Shown here: in pieces, positions 18,333-27,662 of the stretch | How the letters are laid out: every line of letters begins with the position of its first letter | How positions within the stretch are numbered: position 1 is the stretch's first letter | Assembly: GCF_051659485.1 (NCBI RefSeq) | Contig: NZ_JBOFOO010000019.1 | Span: forward strand, 1 to 35,681 | Direction of reading: 5' to 3' | Source of the DNA: Craterilacuibacter sp. | Lineage (GTDB): Bacteria > Pseudomonadota > Gammaproteobacteria > Burkholderiales > Chromobacteriaceae | DNA: 35,681 nucleotides | Notes under the pieces: generated by a model | Seen by the model: the letters and a program-made list of their open reading frames with translations, nothing else | Databases searched by the model: none | Told to the model about the DNA's origin: nothing | Made by a program: the position numbers and the translations under genes

Positions 18333-21300
18333 ATGAGTCACTTTCTGGACAGGCTGAAGTTCATGTCGCGGGTGAAATCCACCTTCGCCGACGGACATGG
18401 TGCCGTAGTAGATGAAGACCGCAGCTGGGAAGACGCTTACCGTAATCGCTGGACGCACGATAAGGTCGTGCGCTCCACTCACGGAGTGAACTGTACCGGA
18501 TCGTGCTCGTGGAAGGTTTACGTCAAGAACGGCCTGATTACATGGGAGACGCAGCAGACCGACTACCCGCGCACCCGTCCGGATTTGCCCAATCACGAGC
18601 CGCGCGGCTGCCCGCGTGGTGCGTCGTACAGTTGGTATGTGTATTCGGCGCAGCGGGTGAAATATCCGATGATACGCGGCCGGCTGATGACCCTATGGCG
18701 CGAGGCACGCAAGACCATGGGGCCGGTTGCAGCCTGGGAATCCATCAGTCAGGACCCGGAAAAAGCCAAGCGCTATAAGGAAGTGCGCGGCCTTGGCGGC
18801 TTCGTGCGCGCCGACTGGGATACCGCCACCGAGATGATCGCGGCGGCCAATGCGCTGACCATCAAGAAGTTCGGTCCCGACCGGGTGATCGGCTTCTCGC
18901 CGATTCCGGCCATGTCCATGGTCAGCTATGCCGCAGGTTCCCGCTATCTGAGCCTGATCGGTGGGGGCTGCTTGTCGTTTTACGACTGGTATTGCGACTT
19001 GCCGCCAGCCAGCCCGCAAGTGTGGGGCGAACAGACCGACGTGCCCGAGTCGGCCGATTGGTATAACGCCAGCTACCTGATGGTGTGGGGCTCCAATGTG
19101 CCGATGACACGTACCCCCGACGCCCACTTTTACACCGAGGTGCGTTACAAGGGCACCAAAACGGTAGCGGTATCGAGTGACTTCGGTGAAATGGTCAAGT
19201 TCGGCGATATCTGGCTTGCGCCCAAGCAGGGTACTGATGCCGCGCTGGCGATGGCCATGGGTCATGTGATCCTGAAAGAATTCCACCTCTCCGGAAAATC
19301 GGACTACTTCGCGGGCTATGTGAAGCAGTACACCGATATGCCGATGCTGGTGATGCTCAGGGCGCAGGGTGGTGCTTTGGTGCCGGATCATTTCCTGCGC
19401 GCGTCACATCTGGCCGGCAATCACGGCGAAGCCAATAACCCCGAGTGGAAAACCCTGCTGCTGGACGATAGTAGCAATACCCTGGTCGTCCCTAACGGTA
19501 CCATCGGTTTTCGCTGGGGCGAGAGTAAGGCCGGTGACGGCGAGAAAGTCGGCCGCTGGAATCTGGAGCAAAAAGACGGCGGCTCGGGCCGTGAAGTCGA
19601 TCCGCGCCTGACGCTTCTGGGGGCGCACGATGAAGTGGCTGGCGTCGGCTTCCCTTATTTTGGTGCCGAGCACGACGAATTACTGGTACGTAATGTGCCG
19701 GTCAAACGGGTGGCACTGGCGGATGGCAGTAGCGTGCTGGTCGCGACCGTGTACGACCTGCAGATGGCCAACTACGGCATAGACCGTGGCTTGGGCGGCG
19801 GCAATGTGGCGTCGGACTTTGGCGACGATGTGCCGTATACCCCTGCGTGGCAGCACAAGCACACGGGGGTGCCGCCTGCACAGGTGATTCAGGTCGCACG
19901 CGAGTTTGCCCAAAATGCGCACGACACCCACGGCAAGAGCATGGTGATTGTTGGTGCCGGCCTCAACCACTGGTACCACATGGACATGACCTACCGCGGC
20001 ATTATCAACATGTTGATGATGTGCGGCTGTGTCGGCCAGAGCGGGGGCGGCTGGGCGCACTATGTGGGCCAGGAAAAGCTGCGTCCGCAATTTGGCTGGG
20101 CCCCCCTGGCTTTTGCCACCGACTGGCAGCGCCCGCCGCGCCAGATGAACGGTACTTCGTTCTTCTACGCGCATACCAGCCAGTGGCGTCACGAAAAGCT
20201 GCATGTGGACGAAATCCTGTCGCCGACTGCAGATGCCGCAAAATACGGCCATATGAGCATGATTGACCTGAACGCCAAGAGTGAGCGCATGGGCTGGCTG
20301 CCATCCTTGCCGCAGTTGCAGACTAATCCGCTGGATGTGGTGGCAACTGCCGAGGCTGAAGGCAAGGATCCGGTGGCCTATGTCGTCGAGAACCTCAAAT
20401 CGGGCAAGCTCAAGATGAGTTGCGACGACCCGGATCATGTCGCCAATTTCCCGCGCAATATGTTTGTGTGGCGCTCCAATATTCTGGGCTCCAGCGGCAA
20501 GGGGCACGAGTATTTCCTCAAGTATCTGCTGGGTACGCAGAACGCACTGTTCAGCGACGACGCCGACGGCATCAAGCCTAGCGAAGTCAAGTTTCATCAG
20601 CAGGCCCCCGAGGGCAAGCTTGATCTGTTGACGGTGCTGGACTTCCGTATGAGCACAACCTGCCTGTATGGCGATATCGTGCTGCCGACGGCGACCTGGT
20701 ACGAGAAAGACGACCTCAATACCTCCGACATGCACCCCTTTATCCACCCGCTGTCCGAAGCGGTGCAACCGCTATGGGAAAGCAAGACCGATTGGGAAAT
20801 CTACAAGCTGCTGGCGAAGAAATTCAGTGAAATCGGTGGCGAGTATCTGGGCACCCGCAAAGACATCGTGCTTACCCCCTTGATGCACGATACCCCCGGA
20901 GAGCTGGGTCAGGCGCTGGAGCCGAAAGACTGGAAATACGGCGAGTGCGAACTGGTACCGGGTAAGACCGCACCAAATATGACCGTGGTCGAGCGCAACT
21001 ATGCCGATGTATACAAGAAGTTTACTTCGGTGGGGCCGCTACTCGACAAGCTGGGTAATGGCGGCAAGGGCATCGCCTGGAATACTGAGCACGAAGTGCA
21101 GGAGCTGGGGGCCTTGAGTAAGCGGGTTACCGAGTCCGGCGTCAGTGAAGGCCGGCCACGGCTGGACACGGCGATAGACGCCGCCGAGATGATCCTGACT
21201 TTTGCACCCGAGACCAACGGTCATGTGGCGGTCAAGGCGTGGGAAGCCCTATCCAAGATCACCGGCCGCGACCATAGCCATCTGGCCATAGGGCGCGAGC

Positions 21301-22064
21301 ACGACAAGATCCGCTTCCGTGACGTACAGGCGCAGCCGAGGAAGATCATTTCGGCTCCGACCTGGTCTGGCCTCGAGAGCGAGGAGGTCAGCTACAACGC
21401 CGGCTACACCAATGTGCACGAGCTGATTCCATGGCGCACCCTGACCGGCCGCCAGCAGTTCTACCAGGACCACCGCTGGATGCTGGATTTCGGCGAGAGT
21501 TCCTGCGTGTACAAGCCGGCCGTCGATCTGAAAACCGTGCAGCCTATGCTGGGTCGCAAGCCCAACGGCAACACCGAGATCGTGCTCAACTTCCTGACCC
21601 CGCACCAGAAGTGGGGCATACACAGCACCTACTCGGACAATCTGAGGATGCTGACGCTGTCGCGGGGCGGCCCGCATGTGTGGATTTCGGAAGAGGAAGC
21701 CAGGACGGCGGGGCTGGTCGACAACGACTGGGTCGAAGTGTTCAACGTCAATGGCACGCTGACGGCGCGCGTGGTGGTGAGCCAGCGTATTCCCAAGGGG
21801 ATGTGCATGATGTACCACGCCCAGGAGAAGATCGTAAACGTGCCCGGCGCAGAAACCAGCGGCAAGCGCGGTGGCATTCACAATTCGGTGACGCGTACCG
21901 TGCTCAAGCCGACCCATATGGTCGGCGGCTACGCCCAGCAGGCCTGGGGCTTCAACTACTACGGAACTGTGGGCGCCAACCGCGACGAATTTATCGTGCT
22001 GCGCAAGATGAACAAGGTGGACTGGCTGGAAGGCCCGTTGCTGGAAGAAGGAGCCGCCCAATGA
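18333..22064 (+). CDS. narG: Respiratory nitrate reductase alpha subunit
   Basis: 1243 aa; RSTHGVNCTGSC FS0 motif, CPRGAS, SFYDWYCDLPP, TPHQKWGIHS. Confidence 0.99.
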   Translation: MSHFLDRLKFMSRVKSTFADGHGAVVDEDRSWEDAYRNRWTHDKVVRSTHGVNCTGSCSWKVYVKNGLITWETQQTDYPRTRPDLPNHEPRGCPRGASYSWYVYSAQRVKYPMIRGRLMTLWREARKTMGPVAAWESISQDPEKAKRYKEVRGLGGFVRADWDTATEMIAAANALTIKKFGPDRVIGFSPIPAMSMVSYAAGSRYLSLIGGGCLSFYDWYCDLPPASPQVWGEQTDVPESADWYNASYLMVWGSNVPMTRTPDAHFYTEVRYKGTKTVAVSSDFGEMVKFGDIWLAPKQGTDAALAMAMGHVILKEFHLSGKSDYFAGYVKQYTDMPMLVMLRAQGGALVPDHFLRASHLAGNHGEANNPEWKTLLLDDSSNTLVVPNGTIGFRWGESKAGDGEKVGRWNLEQKDGGSGREVDPRLTLLGAHDEVAGVGFPYFGAEHDELLVRNVPVKRVALADGSSVLVATVYDLQMANYGIDRGLGGGNVASDFGDDVPYTPAWQHKHTGVPPAQVIQVAREFAQNAHDTHGKSMVIVGAGLNHWYHMDMTYRGIINMLMMCGCVGQSGGGWAHYVGQEKLRPQFGWAPLAFATDWQRPPRQMNGTSFFYAHTSQWRHEKLHVDEILSPTADAAKYGHMSMIDLNAKSERMGWLPSLPQLQTNPLDVVATAEAEGKDPVAYVVENLKSGKLKMSCDDPDHVANFPRNMFVWRSNILGSSGKGHEYFLKYLLGTQNALFSDDADGIKPSEVKFHQQAPEGKLDLLTVLDFRMSTTCLYGDIVLPTATWYEKDDLNTSDMHPFIHPLSEAVQPLWESKTDWEIYKLLAKKFSEIGGEYLGTRKDIVLTPLMHDTPGELGQALEPKDWKYGECELVPGKTAPNMTVVERNYADVYKKFTSVGPLLDKLGNGGKGIAWNTEHEVQELGALSKRVTESGVSEGRPRLDTAIDAAEMILTFAPETNGHVAVKAWEALSKITGRDHSHLAIGREHDKIRFRDVQAQPRKIISAPTWSGLESEEVSYNAGYTNVHELIPWRTLTGRQQFYQDHRWMLDFGESSCVYKPAVDLKTVQPMLGRKPNGNTEIVLNFLTPHQKWGIHSTYSDNLRMLTLSRGGPHVWISEEEARTAGLVDNDWVEVFNVNGTLTARVVVSQRIPKGMCMMYHAQEKIVNVPGAETSGKRGGIHNSVTRTVLKPTHMVGGYAQQAWGFNYYGTVGANRDEFIVLRKMNKVDWLEGPLLEEGAAQ

Positions 22065-23608
22065 AAATCCGTGCCCAAGTTGCCATGGTGCTTAATCTGG
22101 ACAAGTGCATAGGCTGTCACACCTGTTCGGTCACCTGCAAGAATGTATGGACCAGCCGTGATGGTGTCGAATACGCCTGGTTCAATAACGTCGAGACCAA
22201 ACCCGGCATCGGCTACCCAAAAGAGTGGGAGAACCAGAAGAAATGGAAGGGCGGCTGGCAGCGTAACGCAGCCGGCAAGCTCGAACCGCGTCAGGGCGGC
22301 AAGCTGAGGATACTGGCCAATCTGTTTGCCAACCCCAATCTGCCGCAGATCGACGATTACTACGAGCCGTTTACCTTCGACTACGAACACCTGCAAAAAG
22401 CGCCACTAAGCCAGACGCCACCGACCGCGCGCCCGGTGTCGGTGATTACCGGCAAAAAAATGGACAAGATCAAGTGGGGGCCGAACTGGGAGGATGACCT
22501 AGGCGGCGAGTTTGCCGCGCGCAGCAAGGATGTCTTGTTCGAAGGCATACAGAAGGAGATGTACAGCACCTTCGAAAATACCTTCATGATGTATCTGCCG
22601 CGTCTATGCGAGCACTGCCTGAATCCGGCCTGTGTCGCCAGCTGTCCGTCCGGCTCTATCTACAAGCGCGAGGACGACGGTATCGTGCTGGTCGATCAGG
22701 ACAAGTGCCGTGGCTGGCGCATGTGCGTGTCTGGTTGTCCGTACAAAAAGATCTATTACAACTGGCAAAGCGGTAAGGCCGAGAAATGCACCTTCTGCTA
22801 TCCGCGCATAGAAGCCGGTCAACCTACCGTGTGTTCGGAGACCTGCGTCGGCCGTATCCGTTATCTGGGGGTGCTGCTTTACGACGCCGACAAAATAGAG
22901 TCGGCCGCCAGTGTGGCTAACGAGCAGGATCTGTACGAGGAGCAGCTCAAGGTTTTCCTTGATCCGAACGATCCTGCGGTGATCGCCGAGGCGAGACGGC
23001 AGGGCATCCCCGATAGCTGGCTTGAGTCGGCGGCGAAGTCGCCGGTCTACAAGATGGCTTGCCAGTGGAAGGTGGCCTTCCCGTTGCATCCGGAATACCG
23101 CACCTTGCCTATGGTGTGGTACATCCCGCCCTTGTCGCCGATACAGGGCGTGGCCGCAGCCGGGCATATGGGCATGAACGGCATGATTCCAGACGTGAAA
23201 AGCCTGCGCATCCCGGTCAGGTATCTGGCCAATCTGTTGACGGCCGGCAAGGAAGCGCCGGTGGTCAGTGCGCTGGAGCGCATGCTGGCGATGCGTGCCT
23301 ACAAGCGTGCCGAAGTGGTTCACGGCCAGCAGGATCAGGCGGTGCTGGATCAGGTAGGCCTCTCTGCCGCGACGGTGGAAGACATGTACCAGACCATGGC
23401 GATTGCCAACTACGAAGATCGTTTCGTGATTCCGTCCTCGCACAAGGAAATGGTCGAGGACAGCTTCAATGAGAAGGGTAGTTGCGGCTTTACCTTCGGC
23501 AACGGCTGCTCGGGCGGCACATCGGAAGGTTCGCTGTTCGGCAAGAAACCGCAAGGCAGCGTGATCTATGTCGATATGCCCAAGTCGCGCAAGGCGGCGA
23601 CCGAGTAA
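22061..23608 (+). CDS. narH: Respiratory nitrate reductase beta (Fe-S) subunit
   Basis: MKIRAQVAMVLNLDKCIGCHTCSVTC, CEHCLNPAC, CRGWRMCVSGC, CTFC; ATGA overlap with narG. Confidence 0.98.
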   Translation: MKIRAQVAMVLNLDKCIGCHTCSVTCKNVWTSRDGVEYAWFNNVETKPGIGYPKEWENQKKWKGGWQRNAAGKLEPRQGGKLRILANLFANPNLPQIDDYYEPFTFDYEHLQKAPLSQTPPTARPVSVITGKKMDKIKWGPNWEDDLGGEFAARSKDVLFEGIQKEMYSTFENTFMMYLPRLCEHCLNPACVASCPSGSIYKREDDGIVLVDQDKCRGWRMCVSGCPYKKIYYNWQSGKAEKCTFCYPRIEAGQPTVCSETCVGRIRYLGVLLYDADKIESAASVANEQDLYEEQLKVFLDPNDPAVIAEARRQGIPDSWLESAAKSPVYKMACQWKVAFPLHPEYRTLPMVWYIPPLSPIQGVAAAGHMGMNGMIPDVKSLRIPVRYLANLLTAGKEAPVVSALERMLAMRAYKRAEVVHGQQDQAVLDQVGLSAATVEDMYQTMAIANYEDRFVIPSSHKEMVEDSFNEKGSCGFTFGNGCSGGTSEGSLFGKKPQGSVIYVDMPKSRKAATE

Positions 23609-23617
23609 ATCTGTATC

Positions 23618-23649
23618 GGGTCGGTGCCGGCATTAGGCTGCACTGGCCC
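23618..23649 (+). other. Intergenic hairpin between narH and narJ
   Basis: GGGTCGGTGC / GCACTGGCCC, 10 bp with two G-U pairs, directly 5' of the narJ AGGAG. Confidence 0.55.
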
Positions 23650-23661
23650 AGGAGAAGCAAG

Positions 23662-24327
23662 ATGAGTCTTTACCGTATTTTATCGGCGTTATTGAGCTAC
23701 CCGGAGCAGGACTTGCTGGATGCCAAGGGCGAAATTGCCGCTGCGCTTGAAGCTTGCCCCGAAGCACGTGATACGCTTTTACCCTTGACCGATTTTTTGG
23801 CGGGTGACGATCTGATCGCCTTGCAGGAAAATTATGTGGCGACTTTCGATCGTAGCCCCAGGCATTCGCTACATCTATTCGAGCATATCCACGGCGAGAG
23901 TCGTGACCGGGGCCAGGCGATGGTGGACCTGTTGCACGAGTATCAGGCGCACGGCTTCGAGCCATCCGAAAAAGAGCTGCCCGATCACGTGCCCTTGTTC
24001 CTCGAGTTTCTCAGTCTGATAGAGGCTGAAGAAGCTGAAAAACTGTTGGGCGATGCCATCCATGTGTTGGCGGCCATCGGCGCGCGTCTGGCACGGCATG
24101 ACAGCCCATATGCTGCCGCCTTTGTGGTGCTGACCACGCTGACCCGCGTGGTGCCGCAAGAGCAGACCGACCCTCCGGTTCGCGACATGGATGAGGCCAT
24201 GGAAACCTTCGGCCCCGGCGTTGATGGTGTCGAGCCCCTGCTTAAGCCGCATGATGCAATAAGCCACACCGTCCGTTTCTTCCCGCGCGGCCATCAGACC
24301 GCCAACCGAACTGCACCGGGAGCATGA
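23662..24327 (+). CDS. narJ: Nitrate reductase molybdenum cofactor assembly chaperone
   Basis: LLSYP, YVATFD, HGESRDRGQAM, ELPDHVPLFLE; AGGAG RBS. Confidence 0.95.
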   Translation: MSLYRILSALLSYPEQDLLDAKGEIAAALEACPEARDTLLPLTDFLAGDDLIALQENYVATFDRSPRHSLHLFEHIHGESRDRGQAMVDLLHEYQAHGFEPSEKELPDHVPLFLEFLSLIEAEEAEKLLGDAIHVLAAIGARLARHDSPYAAAFVVLTTLTRVVPQEQTDPPVRDMDEAMETFGPGVDGVEPLLKPHDAISHTVRFFPRGHQTANRTAPGA

Positions 24328-24328
24328 G

Positions 24329-25012
24329 ATGAGCTACCTAGACCAATTCCTGTTTGGTATTTACCCCTATATCGCGCTGAGCATCTTCTTCCTGGGTTCA
24401 CTGGCGCGTTTCGAACGCGAGCAGTACAGCTGGAAAACTGATTCGTCGCAGCTTTTGTACGCGGGCCAGCTGCGAGTGGGCAATATCCTGTTCCATATCG
24501 GCATTCTCGGCCTGTTCTTTGGCCACTTTGTCGGTCTGCTGACGCCAGTGGTGTTATGGGATGCTTTGGGTGTCAGTCATGGCTTCAAGCAGATGGTTGC
24601 TATCGTGATGGGCGGGCTGTTCGGGATCTGTGCATTGGTCGGTATTTTGATCTTGCTGCTGCGACGGCTGGGTAACCCGCGTATCCGTGCTACCACCAAG
24701 ATGTCCGACAAGCTGGTGTCGCTATGGATACTGGTGACGCTATTGCTGGGCCTGTCTACGCTGTTTGTTTCTTATGAACACCGTGACGGCCACATGATGG
24801 TGATATTGATGACCTGGGCGCAGCGTGTGCTGACCTTTCAGGGCGGTGCTGCCGTGCTGATGGCCGAAGTGCCGCTCTTGTTCAAGGCCCACTTGTTTAT
24901 GGGCATGAGTCTGTTCGTGATTTTCCCGTTTACCCGTCTGGTGCATGTCTGGAGCGGCTTTGGTGCGCTGAGTTATCTATCGCGCGCCTGGCAGCTGGTA
25001 CGTTCGCGCTAA
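24329..25012 (+). CDS. narI: Nitrate reductase gamma subunit (cytochrome b)
   Basis: FGIYPY, heme His in FHIG and FGHF, AHL, FPFTRLVH. Confidence 0.96.
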   Translation: MSYLDQFLFGIYPYIALSIFFLGSLARFEREQYSWKTDSSQLLYAGQLRVGNILFHIGILGLFFGHFVGLLTPVVLWDALGVSHGFKQMVAIVMGGLFGICALVGILILLLRRLGNPRIRATTKMSDKLVSLWILVTLLLGLSTLFVSYEHRDGHMMVILMTWAQRVLTFQGGAAVLMAEVPLLFKAHLFMGMSLFVIFPFTRLVHVWSGFGALSYLSRAWQLVRSR

Positions 25013-25072
25013 GGCATGCGCTGATCCGGCCCAGCTTTGGCGGGTCGGCATAAACCACACAGGAGAAATACG

Positions 25073-25819
25073 ATGCCCATTGTTGTCAACGGGGTCGAAC
25101 TGACCGACTCAGAAATCGAACAGGCACTGCCCGACTACCAGGACAGTATCAATCCGGTACATGAAGCCACCACTGCCTGGGTGTTGCAGCGGGTATTGCT
25201 GGATGAGGCCGCACATCAGAGTCTGTCGCTGGACGAGCCTGAGGCCGCCATCGAGGCCTTGTTGCAACAGCAGGTGAAGGTGCCCGAGGCGGATGCCGAG
25301 AGTTGCCGCCGCCACTATGAACAGCATCCGGCGCGCTTTACCGTCGGAGAAATCGTCGAGGCCGACCATATCCTGTTTCAGGTTACGCCCGATGTGAAGC
25401 TGGATGCCCTGACTGCTCTGGCCGAATCGGTGCTCTCCGAGGTACTGGCCGACCCGGCCTGTTTTACCGGCAAGGCGCGCGCCCTGTCCAACTGTTCATC
25501 GGGCCAGCTAGGCGGGAATCTGGGGCAGTTGTCGCGTGGCGAGTCGGTGCCAGAATTCGAGCGGGTGGTGTTTGCTATGGCCGAGGGCGAGACCCTGAAC
25601 CGTCTGTTGCAAACCCGCTTCGGTCTGCATATCGTGCGTGTCGTCCACAAGGAGCCGGGGCGCTTGCTGCCGTTTTCTGCCGTTGAGGCGCAGATTGCCG
25701 GTGTATTGCATGCCGCCAGTCTGGATGCGGCTACACGCCAGTACCTGAAACGGCTGGTCGGTGAGGCTAGCATCAGCGGTTTTGATTTGAAGGGTACCGA
25801 CTCGCCTCTGGTGCAGTAA
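25073..25819 (+). CDS. PpiC-type peptidyl-prolyl isomerase (NifM-like), nar-associated
   Basis: ADHILF, SNCSSGQLGGNLG, VPEFE, TRFGLHIV; same position as in Pseudomonas-type nar operons. Confidence 0.88.
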   Translation: MPIVVNGVELTDSEIEQALPDYQDSINPVHEATTAWVLQRVLLDEAAHQSLSLDEPEAAIEALLQQQVKVPEADAESCRRHYEQHPARFTVGEIVEADHILFQVTPDVKLDALTALAESVLSEVLADPACFTGKARALSNCSSGQLGGNLGQLSRGESVPEFERVVFAMAEGETLNRLLQTRFGLHIVRVVHKEPGRLLPFSAVEAQIAGVLHAASLDAATRQYLKRLVGEASISGFDLKGTDSPLVQ

Positions 25820-25898
25820 AGCGCGTGTCAGGCGGGCTGACGGCCATGGCATGTTTTTTGCATTACCGGTACATTGACACCCCTTTCCTCTGGAGCCT

Positions 25899-26900
25899 GT
25901 GATGACGGCCTTGCCCAATGGCGCAGGATTGACCGACGGTTTCGGTCGGCGTATCGACTACTTGCGGGTCTCGGTCACCGATCGTTGTGATTTGCGTTGC
26001 ACTTACTGCCTGCCCAAGGGCTTCAAGGGCTTCGAGGAGCCGGCACACTGGCTGACGCTTGATGAAATGGCGCGCCTGATCGGGCTGTTTGTTGGCCTTG
26101 GCGTAGCCAAGGTTCGCCTGACCGGTGGCGAGCCCTTGCTGCGGCGCAACTTAGCCGATCTGGCACGCAAGATCACGGCCTTGCCCGGCCTTGCCGACCT
26201 GTCCTTGTCGACCAATGCGACGCGTCTGGTTCAGCATGCGCATGAGCTCAAGGCAGCGGGGGTAGGGCGTTTGAATGTGAGTCTGGACACGCTGGACGCC
26301 GATTGTTTTGCCCGCATCACCGGCCGTGATTGCCTGGCGCAGGTGCTGGATGGTTTGCTGGCGGCCAAACAGGCGGGCTTCGCACCGATCAAACTCAATG
26401 CCGTGGTGCAGGCCGGGGTGAATGAGGCCGATATCGCGCGTCTGATGGAATATTCGCTGACGCACGGCTTTGTCCTGCGCCTGATCGAAACCATGCCGAT
26501 CGGCGACACCGGCCGCCAGGCCGCCTATGTGGATGTGACGGCGCTGGGCGAACGCATGGCCCGCGAGTACCGCCTGATCCCGCAGTTACTAGGGCAAGGC
26601 GCGGGGCCTGCACGCTATTGGGTCAGTCCCGATGGGGGCATGAGCTTCGGCGTGATAACCCCGATGTCACGCCATTTTTGCGCGGCATGCAACCGTGTGC
26701 GTCTTGGTGTGGATGGCACACTCTATCTGTGCCTTGGGCAAAACGACAGCGTCCCTCTGGGCGCGCTATTGCGCGCCGGGGCTAGCGATGGCGAACTGCT
26801 TGCCGCCATCCGCGCCGCTATCGCAGTCAAGCCCGAGCGCCACCATTTCAACGAGACACCGGACAAAATCGTGCGCTTTATGTCGCAGACCGGTGGTTAG
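25899..26900 (+). CDS. moaA: GTP 3',8-cyclase (Moco biosynthesis, radical SAM)
   Basis: YLRVSVTDRCDLRCTYC, TGGEP, FCAACNRVR...LCL, C-terminal GG; start GTG 25899 or ATG 25902. Confidence 0.96.
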   Translation: MMTALPNGAGLTDGFGRRIDYLRVSVTDRCDLRCTYCLPKGFKGFEEPAHWLTLDEMARLIGLFVGLGVAKVRLTGGEPLLRRNLADLARKITALPGLADLSLSTNATRLVQHAHELKAAGVGRLNVSLDTLDADCFARITGRDCLAQVLDGLLAAKQAGFAPIKLNAVVQAGVNEADIARLMEYSLTHGFVLRLIETMPIGDTGRQAAYVDVTALGERMAREYRLIPQLLGQGAGPARYWVSPDGGMSFGVITPMSRHFCAACNRVRLGVDGTLYLCLGQNDSVPLGALLRAGASDGELLAAIRAAIAVKPERHHFNETPDKIVRFMSQTGG

Positions 26901-26909
26901 AGTCAGGGA

Positions 26910-27569
26910 ATGGCCATGCATGATATCGAACGCTTTATCGAGGGATTTTCCCGCTTTCAGTTGCAGTACTTCGACAGCAGTAGTGGTCTCTATCACGAGC
27001 TGAAGCAGGGGCAGCATCCAAGTACCCTGCTGATAGGTTGTAGCGATTCGCGCGTCGATCCTGCCCAGCTACTGGGCTGTGATCCGGGTGATATTTTTAC
27101 CGTACGCAATGTGGCCAACCTGGTGCCGCCTTGCGGTGCGGCCAAGAGTCACCATGGTGTTTCTGCGGCTATCCAGTTTGCCGTAGACCAGCTTCAAGTC
27201 TCACGCATCATCGTGCTGGGGCATGCCCAGTGTGGCGGGATACGCGCCTTGATCGAGCAGCGCTTCGAGCCGAATGGTCAAGACGATTTTATCGGGCCAT
27301 GGGTGGCGATTGCCGAGCCGGCACGGGTGCGGATTGAGGCGGTCATGGCCAGCGCCAGCCAGGCAGAAAAGCGTCGCGCTTGCGAGCTGGCCGCCATTTT
27401 GGTCTCGCTGAAAAATCTGGAAACCTTCCCCTGGGTCAAGCGGGCTATGGATGCCGGAAGCCTGACCCTGCATGGTTGGTATTTTGATCTGGACGCAGGC
27501 GCCTTGCTCGCGTACTCGGCTCGCTCGGATGCCTTCCTGCCTTTGGTATGCCCATTAAGCGGGCGCTGA
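26910..27569 (+). CDS. Beta-class carbonic anhydrase
   Basis: GCSDSRV, RNVANLV, GHAQCGG zinc ligands, LHGWYF. Confidence 0.93.
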   Translation: MAMHDIERFIEGFSRFQLQYFDSSSGLYHELKQGQHPSTLLIGCSDSRVDPAQLLGCDPGDIFTVRNVANLVPPCGAAKSHHGVSAAIQFAVDQLQVSRIIVLGHAQCGGIRALIEQRFEPNGQDDFIGPWVAIAEPARVRIEAVMASASQAEKRRACELAAILVSLKNLETFPWVKRAMDAGSLTLHGWYFDLDAGALLAYSARSDAFLPLVCPLSGR

Positions 27570-27662
27570 CAACCTGCCGGTCTTGCTGTAGTACGCGCTT
27601 CCTGCCGGTTTGGCCATGCGAATTTCACCGGGTTACACCCCACACTTTTTGCCGGGACATCC

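Noticed and set aside
21431-22060. 210-aa N-terminal extension of the narH ORF
   Set aside because: Overlaps narG out of frame; canonical NarH starts MKIRAQ at 22061 with an RBS and ATGA overlap.
9204-25012. Arsenite oxidation or arsenate respiration coupled to nitrate
   Set aside because: No aio, arx or arr genes in the window; the only molybdoenzyme is a canonical NarG.
25820-25898. Moco riboswitch or ModE box before moaA
   Set aside because: The 79-nt gap is too short for the Moco RNA and has no TATAT-N-TATAT ModE pattern.
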